The notes beneath the pieces were generated by a model. That model saw only the letters and a list, made by a program, of their open reading frames with translations, was not told the origin of the DNA and searched no databases. The translations under genes were made by a program, and so were the position numbers. DNA of 37,615 nucleotides from a virus. The stretch lies in the IMG/VR virus record IMGVR_UViG_3300035662_003140; one strand, given 5' to 3'. Shown piece after piece: positions 35,501 to 37,615 of the stretch; position 1 is the stretch's first letter; each line of letters starts with the position of its first letter.

Positions 35501-35865
35501 TCCGTAAAGGCTTTAGACGACATCTTGATTATGTTATGATAGCCAACATTATTCTTTGCCAATATAGTTATATGGTAAGGACCTCTTTGTTCCCATTCAT
35601 TTTTTGATGGGCCGGATCTTTCCTCTTCGTCTCGATCAAACCTACTTTTTCTAGCTTGGTACATTTCAGAACCAAGAATTGGCTTTACGCCACATGCCAT
35701 CCCAGCATCATAGAAGTCTAACCACGAGTGTATATTGCCGTGATCGGTCGTAGCTAATCCCAACATACCAAGGTCCTTGGCTCTAGTTAGGTATTGTTCT
35801 ACGTCTCCATGCCCATCTAGCATGGAGAACACGGTGTGGTTATGTAGGTTTGTCCAATTCTTCAT
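32551..35865 (-). CDS. dnaE: DNA polymerase III alpha subunit
   Basis: PHP domain 'NLHNHTVFSMLDG...GLATTDHGNI', polymerase motifs 'PDIDLDFDDRHRDKVIEYARQKYG', 'YRPGPMGSGMDKLYIDRKNG', 'LYQEDVLAVARSLAGFSASEADDLRKVIGKK', 'GYGFNRAHAASYAMISYVTAYLKTHY'. Confidence 0.98.
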   Translation of the reverse strand: MKNWTNLHNHTVFSMLDGHGDVEQYLTRAKDLGMLGLATTDHGNIHSWLDFYDAGMACGVKPILGSEMYQARKSRFDRDEEERSGPSKNEWEQRGPYHITILAKNNVGYHNIIKMSSKAFTEGYYVKPRVDHDLISQHSEGIIVLSGCLNGEVSQALLRKDYKTALNHAAKMQQIVGKENYFIEIQNHGIAEQLAIIPDLIKVANHIGAKIIPSGDCHYVHQRDAHAHDIMLCVATNSNIHTPDRFSFSGDHFYLQSYDEMASVFSEDQLKNTMHVYDMIDLKLDFGDIHFPNFPIPTKESSTEYFERLAWDGLREKYGQNLPQNIIDRAQHEIRVVKEMGFPEYFLVVSDLVRWAKSNDITVGWGRGSAAGSILSYAFGITNLDPIKFGLLFERFLVEGRKSMPDIDLDFDDRHRDKVIEYARQKYGEDKVAHICTFNRTGAKQSIRDAARALGLDYASGDRIAKLVPPPVLGVSKNLNDCMQVTEFSAAYSTEENSKLIIDTAFGLEGVVRQTGIHAAGIVISKEPLIEYLPVMKKGADNPLVTQWDMGRVEQCGLLKIDFLGLRNLGVIDQCIKTVEKRTGQKIILDDLPLDDENTYKELCKGNAMGVFQLESAGMRELMIQMQPRSIQDIMALISLYRPGPMGSGMDKLYIDRKNGKAKISYVHEKMEDALGSSLGIMLYQEDVLAVARSLAGFSASEADDLRKVIGKKQMDKIAKIRKSFVTGCIENSGLTKSIADKIFSDIEFFGGYGFNRAHAASYAMISYVTAYLKTHYTAEYMAALITSVAGNKEKLFLYLNDCRKLNINVLPPSINKSGIDFEVEDDNNILFGLGSVSGIGASIAESIILKRDTEKPYSSMYDFFRRCDPTVLKKSTLEHLSYAGALDELIPEMEDEDLNRSVELSILEKEKEELGIYVTKHPLEGTWDKMKPNIDVELIQIPECATNSYLKVGGIITASKKIITKKGARMFKFNIEDPTGELEIIVFPKDAKNYSDDFFKAGEIVYISGTLNRETDDENSSYRVFLSNIEKIDHATLFSGKAIYLEIDTLNSEKIQQICDIINAHNGNKQVYLKVNNNLGTFVYRFNKTTNRKAEALLDTIIL

Positions 35866-35868
35866 TAA

Positions 35869-36078
35869 TTAGTTTATGCCTCTGCCTTTATTGCTGCTAT
35901 CTAATGTATTGTTTCTGGTTTCTCTGTAAGTAATTAAAACTATTCCTCCACAGAACTTGCATGGCACTGGCTGTCCAGCCTGAGCAAATGGGCTTCTTTC
36001 CATATAGCTCATAGGTTGATCTGAATTACACTCAGAACATACGCCTATAACATCATCTGGATTATTTATATTATTCAT
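35869..36078 (-). CDS. Small zinc-ribbon-like protein (69 aa)
   Basis: Two Cys pairs 'GVCSECNS...PVPCKFCGG'. Confidence 0.6.
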   Translation of the reverse strand: MNNINNPDDVIGVCSECNSDQPMSYMERSPFAQAGQPVPCKFCGGIVLITYRETRNNTLDSSNKGRGIN

Positions 36079-37273
36079 TTTTTTTGTCCTTTTTAGTTGA
36101 TCTGTATGCGAACCTTATTGGTGAGGGGGAAGATTTTATATTTGTTTCTACAAATTTTTCTCCAACCTTAACCCATTTCTTTCTTCCTTCTAACTGGCAA
36201 TCTCCACACCCAACTCCTACTGAATTTGCTCTTTCACAGGTATATGGTCTACCGCCTATCCCAATCTCTCTTCTTCTTATCCAATCATTTATATGGGACG
36301 TAGATTTTTGTACGTTATAATCACTACAGTTACTTAGTATCTCATGTAAAAGCTCGATAGAATCATCAGTATAAGTTAGAATCGAACAGAGGAATAATCT
36401 AGACTCATGGTCTATGTCATGTTTTTCTTTAGCTTCTTGATATATTCTCTTTATTGCTGGGCAGTTTTTAAATAGAACATGAGGAGAAAATACTTTTGGT
36501 GAATCATCTACTTGCTTTAAGCCTTTAGACCCATGCTTGTTAAAGTAAGAAAGATAATCTTTACTTCTTTCTTTATCTGCTTCCATTTTATATGAATATT
36601 CTCTATACCATTCGTTTGACTTATAATCAAAATCTATATCTTGGTACTCACTAGATCTAAAGTTTCTGCTAATCAAAAAGATAGCCTCTAAACCACTATC
36701 AAACTCATCCATAGTCAACAAGGTTTTATATAAACCAGTACTTTGATGCTTAGTGCCAGGCAATCTCCACATTCTTCTGGCATCATATACACTTAAGTCT
36801 AAGCTTGTTATGTCATACGATGATCTTATGTCTGAAGCAATGAACCTAAACAAAACATGTAGGTCATTAGACGGAGTTATACCTAAGGCTGAGCCTTCGC
36901 ATTCTATATGAAAACCCTTTTTGCCAGTAAAGTATATCTTTATGGCATCTGTTGGAATTTTATTCTTTAATATGCTTACTAGCTTTACGGTTTCGCCATA
37001 AGCTATAGCTATATCTGAGTTATCTAAATCAAAATACAGATTAGAATATCTAGTTGCCTTGTTTATGTCTTCATTATTATAAAGCCAAACGGAAGTATAA
37101 ACGCCAACATTGTTGTGTTTGTCTGAATACTTTTCAACCTGGTCAAAAGGTATCACTAATGGATTGTCGCCATTTTTTTCTCTGATAACCTTAGATAAAG
37201 AATCAACGTATCTAGCTACCTCAACAAATTTCCAGTCTTTTAAAAACTTTTTCTCATCAGTAGTTGGTCTCAC
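36071..37273 (-). CDS. Archaeo-eukaryotic primase (AEP)-like DNA primase
   Basis: 'YSNLYFDLDNSD' (DxD-like), 'AIKIYFTGKKGFHIECEG', 'DLSVYDARRMWRLPGTKHQSTGLYK', C-terminal Cys motif; GTG start. Confidence 0.8.
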   Translation of the reverse strand: MRPTTDEKKFLKDWKFVEVARYVDSLSKVIREKNGDNPLVIPFDQVEKYSDKHNNVGVYTSVWLYNNEDINKATRYSNLYFDLDNSDIAIAYGETVKLVSILKNKIPTDAIKIYFTGKKGFHIECEGSALGITPSNDLHVLFRFIASDIRSSYDITSLDLSVYDARRMWRLPGTKHQSTGLYKTLLTMDEFDSGLEAIFLISRNFRSSEYQDIDFDYKSNEWYREYSYKMEADKERSKDYLSYFNKHGSKGLKQVDDSPKVFSPHVLFKNCPAIKRIYQEAKEKHDIDHESRLFLCSILTYTDDSIELLHEILSNCSDYNVQKSTSHINDWIRRREIGIGGRPYTCERANSVGVGCGDCQLEGRKKWVKVGEKFVETNIKSSPSPIRFAYRSTKKDKKNE

Positions 37274-37443
37274 TGTATTTTGCCTTTACCAGAATTGTTT
37301 ACGAAGTTATAAATTATTGTTTTATTATTTTTGTTGTTAAGTTCAAACGAATAACTTCTATAGTAAACAGATTCTTGGATGTAGCTTTCTAAATTTGATA
37401 CTAGAAAGTTTCTTTTATTTATTCTGTTAAGTAGTGGTTCCAT
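37270..37443 (-). CDS. Small hypothetical protein (57 aa)
   Basis: ORF MEPLLNRINKRNFLVSNLESYIQESVYYRSYSFELNNKNNKTIIYNFVNNSGKGKIQ; stop overlaps primase GTG start (GTGA) and start overlaps upstream gene. Confidence 0.6.
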   Translation of the reverse strand: MEPLLNRINKRNFLVSNLESYIQESVYYRSYSFELNNKNNKTIIYNFVNNSGKGKIQ

Positions 37444-37615
37444 GATCTTTCCATCTACTCTCTATGATATCATCGCCATCCAATATGTAATGGATCTTTG
37501 AAGCTATGTTATCTGCTACGTGCACTATTTGATCTAGGTAAGTTATTGGTACGGTTTCTGGTATAGGAGACCATGGACCAAGGTGACATCTTACGAGTCT
37601 TAGTATTGTTTGAAC
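37427..37615 (-). CDS. C-terminal fragment of an HD-domain-like phosphohydrolase (truncated by window edge)
   Basis: Open frame from the window edge: VQTILRLVRCHLGPWSPIPETVPITYLDQIVHVADNIASKIHYILDGDDIIESRWKDHGTTT; 'RCHLGPW...LDQIVHVADNIAS' resembles HD-domain helices. Confidence 0.5.
   Translation of the reverse strand, partial: VQTILRLVRCHLGPWSPIPETVPITYLDQIVHVADNIASKIHYILDGDDIIESRWKDHGTTT

Overview
This window is most likely part of a tailed-phage genome. The window is AT-rich and densely packed, and it carries a VanY-like endolysin, holin-like proteins, a phage-type sigma factor, a PD-(D/E)XK-like endonuclease, RNase H, a dNMP kinase, DnaE, an archaeo-eukaryotic-type primase, an encoded-CCA tRNA-Gly(UCC) and many small ORFs. 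No terminase or capsid gene was recognised. The standout region is a compact + strand operon (about 1-8729). It encodes seven Fe(II)/2-oxoglutarate (2OG) dioxygenases of at least three subfamilies, an FkbM-like methyltransferase, a cytochrome P450, a FabF-like beta-ketoacyl synthase with an intact Cys-His-His triad, and a ferritin-like acyl-ACP desaturase. It looks like a phage-encoded, oxidation-rich biosynthetic or acyl-modification pathway. Three further dioxygenase-family proteins occur in the window: a TauD-like protein with apparently lost Fe ligands, a P4H-like one, and a clavaminate-synthase/AsnO/VioC-like one at the edge of a glycosyltransferase, GDP-mannose-3,5-epimerase-like and FkbM cassette. 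Other observations are a fragmented HETGH metallopeptidase-like gene with three apparent +1 shifts, a sigma factor gene whose N-terminus lies in another frame, and a 967-aa surface-protein-like gene with Thr-rich and ~20-aa repeats.
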